Notes: generated from the sequence alone by a model not told the origin. 64,000 nt of DNA from Vulcanimicrobiota bacterium (GCA_963723515.1 CAVRQT010000003.1:896001-960000), one strand, 5' to 3'; counted from the first letter of the stretch, positions 20,395 through 31,063 are shown. Numbers and translations are program-made.

Positions 20395-21885
20395 ATGTCG
20401 CTCGCGTCACGATTATTTTCGACGACGCAGATCGAGGAGTTGCGCGCGCTCGGCGCGCGCACAATCCTCAAGCGCGCGCTGACCGGCAAAGATCTCATCG
20501 CGATCGGTCTAGGCGCAATGATCGGCGGCGGAATCTTCACGACAATTGGGCCGGGCATCGCCAAAGCCGGTCCCGCGGTTATGGTCGCGTACGTGCTCGC
20601 CGGCGCTGCGTCGTTTTTCGCGGCGCTCTGCTACGCGGAGCTCGGTTCGATGGTGCCGATTGCCGGGAGCGCTTACACCTACGCGTACGCGACGCTCGGC
20701 CAAATCATCGCGTGGATTATCGGTTGGGACTTGATCCTGGAGTACGGGATCAGCGCCGCCCCGGTTGCCCAACAGTGGTCCGCGTACTTCCAAGACGCGT
20801 TGCTGAATCTCTTTGGTTGGAGCATGCCGGCGTGGGGCGCATCCGCCAAATACGTCTACAGCGGAGCGTGGTGGCACATGGACTTGGCGCACTCGCAATA
20901 TGACATCTTAGGAGCGCTTTTCGTGCTGCTGCTTTCCGCGCTGCTTGCGATCGGCGTCCGCGAAACGGCTACTTCTAACAACACGTTCGTCGTTGTCAAA
21001 GTCGGCGCGCTGATCGTGTTCATCATCGCCGGCCTCTTCTTGTTTCACGCGAGCAATCTGCGGCCGTTCGCACCGCTGGGGTGGGTCGCCGGAGGACCCG
21101 GAGGACTAGGGATCATCCCGGCAGCAGCGCTCGTGTTTTTTTCGTACATCGGTTTTGACACGGCAACGACCGCCGCCGAGGAATGCAAGAACCCGCAAGT
21201 CGACATTCCGGTTGGTGTTCTTGGGTCGCTGCTGATCGGCACGGTGCTCTACTGCTCGGTTGCGATTGTGCTTCTCGGTGTCGTTCCGTGGACGCACGTC
21301 GATCAAAAAGCGGCGCTTGCCGTCGCCCTTCGCCCGCTGCACAGCGCCGTTCTTGAATGGATCATCATCGCGGGCGCCCTCGCTGGAACTACCAGCGTCG
21401 CGTTGACTTCGTTATTCGGCCAGAGTCGAATCTTTTACGTGATGGCACGCGACAAGATGCTGCCGCCCTTTGTGGCTCGGATTCATCCGAAATTCCGCAC
21501 GCCCGCGCGCATGACGATGATCACCGGCTTCGTCGTTGCGTTGCTGACTGTGATCGTGCCGCTCGATTGGCTCTTAGAGCTCGTCAATATCGGAACGTTC
21601 AGCGCCTTCATCATCGTCTGTGCCGGTGTAGTGTTCTTGCGCTACCGGCGCCCTGACTTGCCGCGAAAATTCCGCTCGCCGTTTGTGCCGCTGTTTCCGA
21701 TCCTCGGCATCGTGCTCTCGCTGTACTTAGCGACACAGGGCCTCGGAAAATTCACGTGGTACCGCTTCGTCGGCTGGCTGATCGTGGGCTTGATCGTCTA
21801 TCTGGCTTACGGTTTTCGAAAATCCGATCCGGCAAAGATCAATATTCTCGAACCGGAGCCCGAAGCGCTCACAATCGAAGCGTAA
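20395..21885 (+). CDS. APC family amino acid permease
   Basis: GAMIGGGIF, CYAEL..P.AGSAY, FFSYIGFD. Confidence 0.92.
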   Translation: MSLASRLFSTTQIEELRALGARTILKRALTGKDLIAIGLGAMIGGGIFTTIGPGIAKAGPAVMVAYVLAGAASFFAALCYAELGSMVPIAGSAYTYAYATLGQIIAWIIGWDLILEYGISAAPVAQQWSAYFQDALLNLFGWSMPAWGASAKYVYSGAWWHMDLAHSQYDILGALFVLLLSALLAIGVRETATSNNTFVVVKVGALIVFIIAGLFLFHASNLRPFAPLGWVAGGPGGLGIIPAAALVFFSYIGFDTATTAAEECKNPQVDIPVGVLGSLLIGTVLYCSVAIVLLGVVPWTHVDQKAALAVALRPLHSAVLEWIIIAGALAGTTSVALTSLFGQSRIFYVMARDKMLPPFVARIHPKFRTPARMTMITGFVVALLTVIVPLDWLLELVNIGTFSAFIIVCAGVVFLRYRRPDLPRKFRSPFVPLFPILGIVLSLYLATQGLGKFTWYRFVGWLIVGLIVYLAYGFRKSDPAKINILEPEPEALTIEA

Positions 21886-21888
21886 GCG

Positions 21889-22236
21889 TCAGCGCGAGAT
21901 TTTATCGCGCAGTTGCGCTGCGAAGGTCGCAGCATCCTGATCCGGCTCTAGCTGCACGATGATCTCTTTGTATGTTTCGTCGCGCGTCGTTATGGCGAGA
22001 CAGTTTTCTCCATTCGAGTAATCGAGAAACGCCCAACCGCCGTGGCCGAAGAACGTGCCGGCCATCTTAAAGCCCGGGGCGCTCGTGCCCATCAGCTTGC
22101 GCCAAGCGTCGCGCCAACCGCTGCGGTCTTCGATTGAGGCATCAACCACGTGCGAATACGGTACGTGAAGCGACCCATGCAGCGCGAAGAATTTTTCAAA
22201 CGGCGTCAATTCGATCGTCAGGCTCGTCCGAGTCAA
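21889..22236 (-). CDS. Hypothetical protein (true start may be the ATG at 22252 with an indel)
   Basis: 115-aa ORF in operon orientation, GTSAPG..AGTF segment. Confidence 0.55.
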   Translation of the reverse strand: MTRTSLTIELTPFEKFFALHGSLHVPYSHVVDASIEDRSGWRDAWRKLMGTSAPGFKMAGTFFGHGGWAFLDYSNGENCLAITTRDETYKEIIVQLEPDQDAATFAAQLRDKISR

Positions 22237-22309
22237 GGATAATTCTGGCCATGACGAGTGCTACTGAAGAACCGCCTGCGAGTTACAACGAACGCCTAGC
22301 GCGTGGAAG

Positions 22310-22786
22310 CTACGGGCTTTGTTCGGTGTCTGGTTGTGCGCCGGCTTCGATGACGCCCGGCGTATCGACGTCGATGCGCGCCGTGCGCCGGTCATAGCGC
22401 GTCTTGACGCCGAATGCGAGCGCGATTGACCGCAGCCCGACCATGACACGTCCGCGCACGCGAAATGGAGCGTGCCGGAGCGTCATGCGCGCGCCGTCGA
22501 GAGTCGCCTTTGTCGAGCCGACCCGAAACTCTAAGGTTTGAGCACCGCGCACGATCTCGATCGTGTTTTCCTTTGGTTCGAATCGCGTGTCAGCGCCGAG
22601 CGCCTCTGCGATCGCGCGCAACGGGACGAAGACGTCTTGGTCTTGCGTAACAGGCGGAACATCGGTCACGATTTTCTGACCGTCAACATGGACTTCAAGC
22701 GGACGCGAAAATGCCAATCCCGCCGAAACCGCTAAGGCGATGACGCCTGTGAGCGCAAGCGTTCTCAACCGTTCACGCATCGCCAT
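22310..22786 (-). CDS. Copper amine oxidase N-terminal (stalk) domain protein
   Basis: Signal peptide, VFVPLRAIAEALGA repeated as VMVGLRSIALAFG. Confidence 0.8.
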   Translation of the reverse strand: MAMRERLRTLALTGVIALAVSAGLAFSRPLEVHVDGQKIVTDVPPVTQDQDVFVPLRAIAEALGADTRFEPKENTIEIVRGAQTLEFRVGSTKATLDGARMTLRHAPFRVRGRVMVGLRSIALAFGVKTRYDRRTARIDVDTPGVIEAGAQPDTEQSP

Positions 22787-22791
22787 CGACT

Positions 22792-23931
22792 TCAGGTGTG
22801 CACGATCTCGTGGGCATAGTCCGGATACTGTTCCTCGATCACTTTTTCGATTTCCACCCGCAAAGCGCCGAGCAACCGGTCTTCAGGAAACGTGCCGACA
22901 AGCTCGCCCTTGCGGTAGATTGCGCCCTTCCCTTTGCCACCGGCCACGCCGACGTCCGCCATCTTTGATTCGCCCGGACCATTTACTACACAGCCCATCA
23001 CAGCGACCTTAACGGGTGCTGAATATTCCTTCGCAATCGCTTCGACGCTGCGGCCTAATTCGAGAACGTCAATATCCGCTCGTCCGCACGACGGACAGGC
23101 CGTTATCTCGAAGCCCTTTTCTCGCAAGCCGAGCGCTTTGAGAATCCCCCAACAGACCGGTACTTCTTCAACCGGATCGGCCGCAAGCGAACAGCGCAGC
23201 GTATCGCCGATACCTTCGAAAAGCAGCATTCCTAGGCCGAGCGCCGATTTGATCGTGCCGTCGCGTATCATGCCGGCTTCGGTAATTCCGAGATGAAAGG
23301 CATAAGGCGTTTTGCGGTCTACAAGCCGCTTATCCATCAAACGGTAAGCGAAGACCGTTGTCGGAACGTCGTGCGCTTTCAGCGAGATGACGATATCCGT
23401 GTGACCGAGATCTTCCAGAATTTGCACGTGCCGCATCGCCGATTCGACCATCGCCTCCGCGGTGTGTCCCATCGCTTTTTCCAAGTCAGGCGCGAGCGAG
23501 CCCATGTTGACACCGATGCGGATTGGCGTGCCACGCTGCTTTGCTAGCTCGACCACTTCTTTCGTCTTATTGTAGTCGCGAATGTTTCCCGGATTCAGGC
23601 GCAATTTCGCGACGCCCGCTTCAATCGCGGCTAGCGCCATGCGGTGATCGAAGTGAATGTCGGCCACGATCGGAACCGGTGAACGCTTGACGATGTGCGG
23701 CAAGCCGGCGGCATCTCTGGGATCCTGGACGGTGCAACGAACGACTTCGCAGCCTTCCATCGCGAGCGCATACACTTGGGTCAACGTCGCATCATAATCT
23801 GCCGTATCGGTCGTCGTCATCGACTGTACGACGATCGGATGATCGCCGCCAATCCAGACGCCTTTGGCGTCCGATTCGTCAACTTTATTCTTGAGAAACA
23901 CCGGCTTGCTGGGCCGGCGCAGCCGTATCAT
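22792..23931 (-). CDS. ispG: 4-hydroxy-3-methylbut-2-en-1-yl diphosphate synthase
   Basis: VQSMTTTDT, ADIHFD, RLNPGNI, CPSCGR, MGCVVNGPGE. Confidence 0.96.
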   Translation of the reverse strand: MIRLRRPSKPVFLKNKVDESDAKGVWIGGDHPIVVQSMTTTDTADYDATLTQVYALAMEGCEVVRCTVQDPRDAAGLPHIVKRSPVPIVADIHFDHRMALAAIEAGVAKLRLNPGNIRDYNKTKEVVELAKQRGTPIRIGVNMGSLAPDLEKAMGHTAEAMVESAMRHVQILEDLGHTDIVISLKAHDVPTTVFAYRLMDKRLVDRKTPYAFHLGITEAGMIRDGTIKSALGLGMLLFEGIGDTLRCSLAADPVEEVPVCWGILKALGLREKGFEITACPSCGRADIDVLELGRSVEAIAKEYSAPVKVAVMGCVVNGPGESKMADVGVAGGKGKGAIYRKGELVGTFPEDRLLGALRVEIEKVIEEQYPDYAHEIVHT

Positions 23932-23932
23932 T

Positions 23933-25075
23933 CTAGAAAACCGCCTTGCCTTGCACGATCTTTGCGATGTCGTGATATGCGACAAATAGCATTAGCATCA
24001 TCAGCATCGCGAAACCTGCGACGTGCACGAGCGCTTCCTTCTCCGGATCAACGGGCTTGCCGCGTAGCGTCTCGGCGAGAATGAAGGCCGCGCGGCCGCC
24101 GTCCAGCGCCGGAAGCGGCAGCAAGTTCAGTATGCCGAGCGAGAGCGAAATCATCGCCGCCAAATCGATGTATGGCGCCCACCCGAAATCTTGAATCGTT
24201 GCGGCGGCGCGGCCCATGCCGATGACGCCGGTCAAGCTTCCCGCATATCGCGCGGGATGCATGACAATCATGGCCAGTCGCTGCACGCTCTGCTGCACCA
24301 TGTCAACCATCGACGATCCGGCGTAAACGATTGCAACGCCGAACGGAACGCGCTCGTAGCGCGGAATGGGCTGAAATCCGATACAGCCTTGATGCGGCGG
24401 GTTCGGCGGCGGACACAGCGCTGCCACGAGGGTCTTTTCGAATGTAACCCCATTGCGTTCAAAGGTAATCCGTAGTCGCTTACCTTCCGAGCGGTGGATC
24501 ACGTTGACGAGTTCGTCACCATTTCGAACGGCCTGTCCGTTTAGCGCCAAAATGCGATCGCCGACTTGCACGCCGGCTTTTTGCGCCGGCATGCCGTCCA
24601 TCAACGGACCGACGATGGGCTGCTCTTGACGGCTCGCGACGCCGAATGCAAAAGCCGCCACGAAGAGCAACGCGAAGGTCAAAATGAAATTCGCGAGCGG
24701 CCCGGCCAAGACGATACCTAAGCGCGTCATTGCGGACTTGCTCTGAAAATTCTCGGGATCGTGCTCGCGAATCCCGGCGGCGCGAGCGTGCCGCTGCTGC
24801 TCCGCTTCAGTCGATTTTCCATCCTCGCCTTGCATCGCACAGTAACCGCCGAGCGGCAGCAAGTTGAGCGCATACGTGGTGCGCGATCGTGGGCTCGTCC
24901 ATTTCAAGAGCTTGGGCCCGAAGCCGACCGCAAATTCATTGACCCGAACGCCGCTGCGCCGCGCCATGAGAAAATGGCCGAACTCGTGCAGCACGACGAG
25001 CACCGATAACATGATCAAGAACGTGACGATCTTCTCGACCTGCGTCAGATCGACAAGCAGTGTGGCGAGCATCAA
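23933..25075 (-). CDS. rseP: RIP metalloprotease RseP (M50) with PDZ domain
   Basis: HEFGH, AGPLAN, NLLPLPALDGG. Confidence 0.92.
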   Translation of the reverse strand: MMLATLLVDLTQVEKIVTFLIMLSVLVVLHEFGHFLMARRSGVRVNEFAVGFGPKLLKWTSPRSRTTYALNLLPLGGYCAMQGEDGKSTEAEQQRHARAAGIREHDPENFQSKSAMTRLGIVLAGPLANFILTFALLFVAAFAFGVASRQEQPIVGPLMDGMPAQKAGVQVGDRILALNGQAVRNGDELVNVIHRSEGKRLRITFERNGVTFEKTLVAALCPPPNPPHQGCIGFQPIPRYERVPFGVAIVYAGSSMVDMVQQSVQRLAMIVMHPARYAGSLTGVIGMGRAAATIQDFGWAPYIDLAAMISLSLGILNLLPLPALDGGRAAFILAETLRGKPVDPEKEALVHVAGFAMLMMLMLFVAYHDIAKIVQGKAVF

Positions 25076-26265
25076 ACCCCTATCCGTTCACGATGTTCTT
25101 GTACCGCCGAACGCGCCGCCTCTCGCGCCGAGCCGTCTGCCGCCCGGACGCTTTCGCCCGATACCGCAGCGGAAGGCACCGCATCCAGCGCCCTCTCTAT
25201 AACCTCGGGGATCGCGCAAAAGCCGATCTCCCCCTTAACAAACGCCGCGACGGCGATTTCGTTCGCCGCCGAGAGGATGGCCGGCGCTGTGCCGCCGAGC
25301 GCCGCCGCACGGTAAGCGAGCGTAATGCATGGGAAGCGCACGGGATCGGGCGGCTCAAAATCGTAGACGAGGTGCGTCTGATCGGAGCGATCGCCGAGCG
25401 TCGTAAGCGAGCCCGCGAATTCCGAGGCGCCGCGCAAGCGCTCCGGATAGCTGAGGGCATAGCCGATCGGCAGGCGCATATCCGGCGCCGCGACTTGCAT
25501 CTTTACGCTTCCATCGGTGAAGACCACCGCACCGTGAGCAATGCTTTGCGGGTGGACGACGATCTCAACGCGCTCCGCCGGAATGCCGAAGAGTTGCGCC
25601 GCTTCGATCACTTCGAGGCCTTTGTTCATGAGCGTCGCCGAATCGATCGTATTTTTCACGCCCATCTGCCAGGTTGGGTGTGCCAGCGCTTCTTCAAGCG
25701 TGACGGATCGCAATTCGACTGCGCTCCTCCGCCAAAACGGGCCGCCGGACGCCGTCAAGATGATGCGCTGAACCGCATCGCGATCCTCGCCTACGAGGCA
25801 TTGAAAGATGGCGCTGTGTTCGCTGTCGACCGGGATCACTTGCGCGCCGCCTTTACGCGCAGTGCGCATCAGCAGCTCGCCCGCCGCAACGATGAGTTCT
25901 TTGTTGGCAATCGCCAGATCGATTCCGCGCTCCGCAGCGGCAAAGACGGCGTCAAACGCCGCAAAACCGTCGGTCGCTGCCAAAATCATGTCCGCGCCGC
26001 TTTCGAGCGCCACGCTCGACAAGCCGGCGCAGCCTGAAACGATGCGCGGCCCATTGGGAAGCGCGGCACGCAAGCTTTCCAAACTCTCTTCGCCAATCGA
26101 AACGATCGCCGGAGAAAAACGGCTTGCCTGCGCTGCAAGTTTGTCGGCGCTGCGTGACGCTGCTAATCCGACAACCCGGAATCGCTCGGCATGCGCACCG
26201 ATGACATCCAGGGCTTGCGTACCGATTGAGCCGGTCGATCCAAGAATCGCGATCTTCTTAACCAT
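25072..26265 (-). CDS. dxr: 1-deoxy-D-xylulose-5-phosphate reductoisomerase
   Basis: LGSTGSIG, ANKE, PVDSEHSAIFQ, HPTWQMG.K.TIDSATLMNKGLE. Confidence 0.96.
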   Translation of the reverse strand: MVKKIAILGSTGSIGTQALDVIGAHAERFRVVGLAASRSADKLAAQASRFSPAIVSIGEESLESLRAALPNGPRIVSGCAGLSSVALESGADMILAATDGFAAFDAVFAAAERGIDLAIANKELIVAAGELLMRTARKGGAQVIPVDSEHSAIFQCLVGEDRDAVQRIILTASGGPFWRRSAVELRSVTLEEALAHPTWQMGVKNTIDSATLMNKGLEVIEAAQLFGIPAERVEIVVHPQSIAHGAVVFTDGSVKMQVAAPDMRLPIGYALSYPERLRGASEFAGSLTTLGDRSDQTHLVYDFEPPDPVRFPCITLAYRAAALGGTAPAILSAANEIAVAAFVKGEIGFCAIPEVIERALDAVPSAAVSGESVRAADGSAREAARSAVQEHRERIGV

Positions 26266-26267
26266 CG

Positions 26268-26294
26268 CTGTCACCCTGAGCTATTGCCGAAGGG
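26268..26294 (+). repeat. Solitary REP-like unit
   Basis: CTGTCACCCTGAGCTATTGCCGAAGGG matches the family consensus CTGTCACCCTGAGCTTGTCGAAGGG. Confidence 0.7.
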
Positions 26295-26301
26295 TTCTTC
26301 A

Positions 26302-27192
26302 TTATTGAACGCTCAGGACGCCGGCTAAATGCAGCGATCCAAAGAATGCCATGCCGCCGAAAAGATAGGAATCAAACCGATCTAAGACGCCGCCATGACC
26401 GCCGATCACCGTGCCGGTATCTTTCACGCCTGCGTCGCGCTTCAGGGCCGACTCAACGAGATCGCCGGCCTGCGCCGCAATGCAGGTCAGCGCACCGATC
26501 AACGTGCTTTGCCACCAAACGAGGTGCAATGGACCATAGAAGCTGGCACAGTAGCCGACGGCCGTAACGACGATCAGTGCGCCCAGCGCGCCTTCAACCG
26601 TTTTCTGTGGTGAAACGGCCATGAGCGGCGTACGGCCGGCGACGCCACCGACCAGCATCGCCATGATGTCGGTCAGCGCGATCAGAACGATGACGAAAAT
26701 CGTGTACATGACGCCGATACCCGGCAGCATGCGGATAAAAATGAAATACGTGAGCAGCTTACCGATGTAGAGCACGGCTAAGAGCGTATAAGCGGTGCGC
26801 GCAAAGTAGCCTTTTTGTTCGCCGTACATGCCCAGCCAAAACGAAGCGATGATGACCGCGGCGAGCAAAACGCCTTCCCACTTATGCAGCAAGTCGAATG
26901 TCGCCAGGACGACGTACGCCGTCACGGCGACCGCGGCAACGGGCAGTTCGAGCCCTTGGCCTTTACGCTCGCAAAGCTGTGCGAGCTCCCAAAGCGCGAT
27001 CCATCCGATGATCAGGACGAGCGCGTAAAACGCATAGTTGTAAAAGACCGCGCCGATACCCAGCGCGGCCAGCCCCACACCGACGGCGATCCGCCGGTTT
27101 AAGCTCCCCCAAACCGCCGTTGACGCTTTTGAAACTCGATAAGTGCTCGTCGAAAGTGTTCCTTCGTAAAATCCGGCCAATAGACGTCGCAC
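26302..27192 (-). CDS. cdsA: Phosphatidate cytidylyltransferase (start uncertain)
   Basis: SPQKTVEG, GDLVESALKRDAGVKD, GHGGVLDRFDS. Confidence 0.92.
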   Translation of the reverse strand: MRRLLAGFYEGTLSTSTYRVSKASTAVWGSLNRRIAVGVGLAALGIGAVFYNYAFYALVLIIGWIALWELAQLCERKGQGLELPVAAVAVTAYVVLATFDLLHKWEGVLLAAVIIASFWLGMYGEQKGYFARTAYTLLAVLYIGKLLTYFIFIRMLPGIGVMYTIFVIVLIALTDIMAMLVGGVAGRTPLMAVSPQKTVEGALGALIVVTAVGYCASFYGPLHLVWWQSTLIGALTCIAAQAGDLVESALKRDAGVKDTGTVIGGHGGVLDRFDSYLFGGMAFFGSLHLAGVLSVQ

Positions 27193-27845
27193 ATATACAA
27201 TTCCGTATAGGCAACTTGGTAGAGCAGAAAGTTCGAGAGCCGCTGTTCGCCTCCCGGGCGAATCAAGATATCGGGGTCCGGAAGCTGCGATGTGTAGAGG
27301 TACGACGCGATCGATTCCTCATCGATCGAATGCGGATCGAGCCGGCCCTGCGCCGCATCGGTTGCCATGGCGGCAATCGCATCGCGCAACTCGGCACGAG
27401 CGCTGTAATTGACCGCGAGATTGAGCAATACGCCGTGATTCGAAGCCGTCTCTGCGACGAGCCGCTCGAGCGCCGCAACCGAAGAACGGGGCAGCGCGCG
27501 GTAACGGCCCAAAAGGTTGACGCGAACGTCGTTGCGCTTCAGCTCCGCAAGCTCGCTCTGCGCGAAGTAGACGCAGAGGTCGAGCAGCAGCGAAATTTCT
27601 TTTGAATCGCGGCGCCAGTTTTCTGTCGAGAAGCCGTAGACCGTCAGAATGCGGACGCCGAAATCGCGCGCCGCGTGCGTCGCTTCCCGAAGCGCGATGA
27701 TGCCGCGGCGATGGCCTTCGATCGCCGGCAAATGACGCTCCCGCGCCCAGCGACGATTGCCGTCCATGATGATCGCGACGTGGCGCGGTGCGTGCGCCGA
27801 GTCGAGCTGCGTGGTCGGAAGTGCCTTAACGCTCGATTCGTTCAT
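27099..27845 (-). CDS. uppS: Undecaprenyl diphosphate synthase
   Basis: HVAIIMDGNRRWA, FSTENWRR, RLSNFLLYQ.AY. Confidence 0.95.
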   Translation of the reverse strand: MNESSVKALPTTQLDSAHAPRHVAIIMDGNRRWARERHLPAIEGHRRGIIALREATHAARDFGVRILTVYGFSTENWRRDSKEISLLLDLCVYFAQSELAELKRNDVRVNLLGRYRALPRSSVAALERLVAETASNHGVLLNLAVNYSARAELRDAIAAMATDAAQGRLDPHSIDEESIASYLYTSQLPDPDILIRPGGEQRLSNFLLYQVAYTELYMCDVYWPDFTKEHFRRALIEFQKRQRRFGGA

Positions 27846-28074
27846 ACCAATCGTATCCGGCCACGACCTCAAGCTCAGATTCTTGCTTGCGGGGGCGTAT
27901 CCGCAGCGCCCGCAACTTTCCGCATCCAAAGGCGGGAACGACCGGACGCAAGATCGTCAAGGTGATCGGCTTACCCTCGCTTTGCAAAAGACGCCGCGCT
28001 TGCACCTCAGGCATCAAGATCAGGTCCGCATGATGAGCTGGCCGCGGTGCGGCGTGCCGTGGGTCTGCTGCCAT
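27826..28074 (-). CDS. Small hypothetical protein upstream of uppS
   Basis: 82-aa ORF in the operon, overlaps the uppS start. Confidence 0.55.
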   Translation of the reverse strand: MAADPRHAAPRPAHHADLILMPEVQARRLLQSEGKPITLTILRPVVPAFGCGKLRALRIRPRKQESELEVVAGYDWYERIER

Positions 28075-28185
28075 TATCCGCCTGCGATTTTTTCGTGATT
28101 CGAGGCGCGAGGAAGGAGCAACGCCGTTCCGTTGTGACTGAGGAGCAACGCTGAAGCACGGGAAAAGCGTAGGTGGAGAATGGCA
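28069..28185 (+). repeat. Long stem-loop repeat element, copy 2
   Basis: Arms TGCCATT.TCCGCCTGCG / CGTAGGTGGA.AATGGCA, shared core. Confidence 0.75.
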
Positions 28186-28207
28186 ACGTGATTCACGGTG
28201 CGCCGCA

Positions 28208-28765
28208 CTACACTTCCAAAATTTCTTTTTCTTTGCTGGCGCCCAGCGTGTCGATCTCTTTGACGTACTTGTCCGTTAATTTTTGCAATTGGTCTTGGAA
28301 GCGCTTGTTGTCGTCTTCCGTAATCTCGTGCGTCTTCAATTGGGCGCGAATGTCGTCGTGGTAATGATGGCGGATGTTGCGGATAGCAACTCGGCCGTCT
28401 TCCGCTTTCTTGCGAACGACTTTCACGAGCTCTTTGCGGCGATCTTCGGTGAGCGGCGGGACGCTCAAGCGGATCGTGCTGCCGTCGACATTAGGCGTCA
28501 GTCCCAAGTCGCTCTTCTCGATCGCTTTTCGTATGTCGCCCACGGTGTTCCGGTCGAAGGCGGTGATCGCAAGGGATCGAGGATCGGGCACGCTGACGCT
28601 GGCCACTTGTTTGAGGGGCAACGATGATCCGTATGCTTCGACGTGAAGCCGGTCGAGCAACGCCGGCGTGGCACGGCCCGTGCGAACCGATGCGAACTCC
28701 GCGCGCGTCGCTTCGATCGCCTTTTGCATCTTGGATTCCGCTTCTTTGAAGAGTTGCTCGGTCAT
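28208..28765 (-). CDS. frr: Ribosome recycling factor
   Basis: [25 protein letters not shown]. Confidence 0.96.
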   Translation of the reverse strand: MTEQLFKEAESKMQKAIEATRAEFASVRTGRATPALLDRLHVEAYGSSLPLKQVASVSVPDPRSLAITAFDRNTVGDIRKAIEKSDLGLTPNVDGSTIRLSVPPLTEDRRKELVKVVRKKAEDGRVAIRNIRHHYHDDIRAQLKTHEITEDDNKRFQDQLQKLTDKYVKEIDTLGASKEKEILEV

Positions 28766-29562
28766 CGCGTTTGGCCTGCGGCCGGTACGACTGCATCGGG
28801 CACCTCACTCGCGGCCACACTGCGCATCCTTTGCGAAGCGGCGACTTTCCCGACGAAGGTGCCGATCTGTTCGCCCCACACGACGCGCCGAATGTTGCCG
28901 ACAACGGACATATCGAAGACGATCATCGGCAAATTGTTGTCCATGCAAAGCGTTAACGCCGTACTGTCCATCACCTCGAGCCCGCGCTGCAACACTTCCA
29001 AGTAATCGAGCTGCTCGAAGCGATCCGCACTCGGATGCTTCTTTGGATCGGCGGAGTAAATGCCGTCCACCTTTGTCGCCTTGAGAATCGCTTGCGCGTT
29101 GACTTCTACCGCGCGTAATGCTGCTGTAGTATCCGTCGTAAAGTACGGGTTGCCCGTTCCGGCCGCAAAGATCACGACGCGGCCCTTTTCGAGATGCCGG
29201 ATTGCACGGCGCCGGATATACGGTTCGGCAATTTCGTGCATCGCAATTGCGGTTTGCACGCGCGACGGCGCGCCCATGCGCTCGAGCGCATCTTGGAGCG
29301 CCAGTGCGTTGATGACGGTCGCCAACATTCCCATGTAGTCCGCAGTGGCGCGATCCATCCCATGGGCCTCGTGCAACTTCCCGCGCCAAATGTTGCCGCC
29401 GCCGACGACGACCGCCACGGAGACGCCGTCGTGGGCGACTTCGGCAATCTGCCGCGCCATGCTCTGCGTCGTCTCAACGTCAACGCCGGTTTCCGTGCCG
29501 GAGAAGGCTTCTCCGGAAATCTTCAGCAGAACCCGAGCGTACTTGGGCGCCGTGCTCTTTAT
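28762..29562 (-). CDS. pyrH: UMP kinase (probable ATA start)
   Basis: [39 protein letters not shown]. Confidence 0.95.
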   Translation of the reverse strand: MKSTAPKYARVLLKISGEAFSGTETGVDVETTQSMARQIAEVAHDGVSVAVVVGGGNIWRGKLHEAHGMDRATADYMGMLATVINALALQDALERMGAPSRVQTAIAMHEIAEPYIRRRAIRHLEKGRVVIFAAGTGNPYFTTDTTAALRAVEVNAQAILKATKVDGIYSADPKKHPSADRFEQLDYLEVLQRGLEVMDSTALTLCMDNNLPMIVFDMSVVGNIRRVVWGEQIGTFVGKVAASQRMRSVAASEVPDAVVPAAGQTR

Positions 29563-30167
29563 TGCGAATCTCCTAACGCAAAGCGCGCGAAGCGCCGTAT
29601 GACGATGCGTTCGCCGAGGATGCCGACAGCACTCGCGATCAATTCGCCGACCGTCAACGTGTCGTCTTTGACGAAGGGCTGATCGACCAGGCACGTTTCC
29701 TCGTACCAGCGACGCAACTTGCCCTCTACGATGCGTTGCGCGATCTCTGCAGATTTTTCTGCCGGCACATCCTCTGCGAATTCATCACGTTTGGCGGTAA
29801 GGACATCGGCCGGAACACTTTCGCGGTCGATGTAAAGCGGTGACATGGCGGCGACATGCATCGAAATATCACGCGCTAAGGCCACGAATTTCTCGCTGCG
29901 CGCGACAAAGTCGGTCTCGCTGTTCAGCTCAACCAGCACGCCAATTTTTCCGCCGGGATGAATGTAGGAGGCGATCAGGCCTTCATCTGCGGTACGCTCG
30001 GCCTTCTTTGCCGCCTGCGCTTGACCACGCTCGAGGAGCAATTTTTGTGCGTGTTCCGTATCGCCGTTCGCTTCAATCAGCGCATTGCGGCAATCCATCA
30101 TCGGCGCTTGCACCTTATCACGCAGCGCTTTGATCTCGCTCGGACTCGGTTGGTAGGTCGTCGTCAT
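29559..30167 (-). CDS. tsf: Elongation factor Ts (short form)
   Basis: [18 protein letters not shown], 202 aa. Confidence 0.95.
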   Translation of the reverse strand: MTTTYQPSPSEIKALRDKVQAPMMDCRNALIEANGDTEHAQKLLLERGQAQAAKKAERTADEGLIASYIHPGGKIGVLVELNSETDFVARSEKFVALARDISMHVAAMSPLYIDRESVPADVLTAKRDEFAEDVPAEKSAEIAQRIVEGKLRRWYEETCLVDQPFVKDDTLTVGELIASAVGILGERIVIRRFARFALGDSQ

Positions 30168-30946
30168 GAACCGGCGGCCGCCTCCTCCACAGCGGGGACC
30201 GATTCGGCGTAGGCGCTGTAGTCGATCGTTTCACCGTCGCCCTCGATGTCGAGCGAACTCTCGGTTTCGGTCTTGCCCTCGATGATCGCATCCGCAATCT
30301 TGCTGACCATCAATTTGACGGCCCGAATCGCATCATCATTGCCGGGGATCAAATAATCGATTTCATCGGGATCGCAATTCGTGTCGACGACCGCAATAAT
30401 CGGAATCTTCAATTTGCGAGCCTCGAGCACCGCGATGCGCTCTTTCTTCGGATCCACAATGAAGACCGCATCCGGCAAGCGATGCATCTCTTTGATGCCG
30501 CCCAAGAAGCGCTCCAGCCGGCTCAACTCATCCTGCAGCTTGCTGACTTCCTTCTTGGGAAGCATCTCGAAGCGGCCTTGTTGCTTCATCTCCTCAAGCT
30601 CGCGCAATCGCGAAATTCGCTTTTGGATCGTCGAAAAGTTCGTGAGGGTACCGCCGAGCCAGCGCTGGTTCACGTAAAAGGTGCCGGCGCGCTCCGCTTC
30701 GTCTTTAATAACGTCTTGGGCTTGCTTCTTCGTACCAACGAAGAGAATGATCTTATTTTCGCGCGCCATCTGACGCAAAATGTCGTAGACCTGGCGCAGG
30801 CGCGCCACAGTTTGCGAGAGATCGATGATGTAGATGCCGTTGCGCTCTTGGAAGATGTAGGGCTTCATCTTCGGATTCCAGCGGCGCGTCTGGTGTCCGA
30901 AGTGCACGCCCGCCTCAAGCAGCGCCTTCATTGAAATGACCGACAT
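30164..30946 (-). CDS. rpsB: 30S ribosomal protein S2
   Basis: [37 protein letters not shown]. Confidence 0.98.
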   Translation of the reverse strand: MSVISMKALLEAGVHFGHQTRRWNPKMKPYIFQERNGIYIIDLSQTVARLRQVYDILRQMARENKIILFVGTKKQAQDVIKDEAERAGTFYVNQRWLGGTLTNFSTIQKRISRLRELEEMKQQGRFEMLPKKEVSKLQDELSRLERFLGGIKEMHRLPDAVFIVDPKKERIAVLEARKLKIPIIAVVDTNCDPDEIDYLIPGNDDAIRAVKLMVSKIADAIIEGKTETESSLDIEGDGETIDYSAYAESVPAVEEAAAGS

Positions 30947-31063
30947 GGCGGTAAGTTTCTCCTAACTGGTCCCAGGCGGTCGGCCCTCCTGGCGCCGCCT
31001 ACGTGGAACCATCGCCACCCTTCATCCTGAGGGGTGAAGTCCAAACTGGGGCCGAGTATAGCA
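30947..31063 (-). promoter_or_regulatory. rpsB promoter (extended -10) and structured 5' leader
   Basis: TGcTATACT on the minus strand at about 31063-31055, then hairpins (CACCC..GGGTG; TGGTTCC..AGGCGG..CCGCCT.GGACCA) and AGGAG. Confidence 0.55.
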
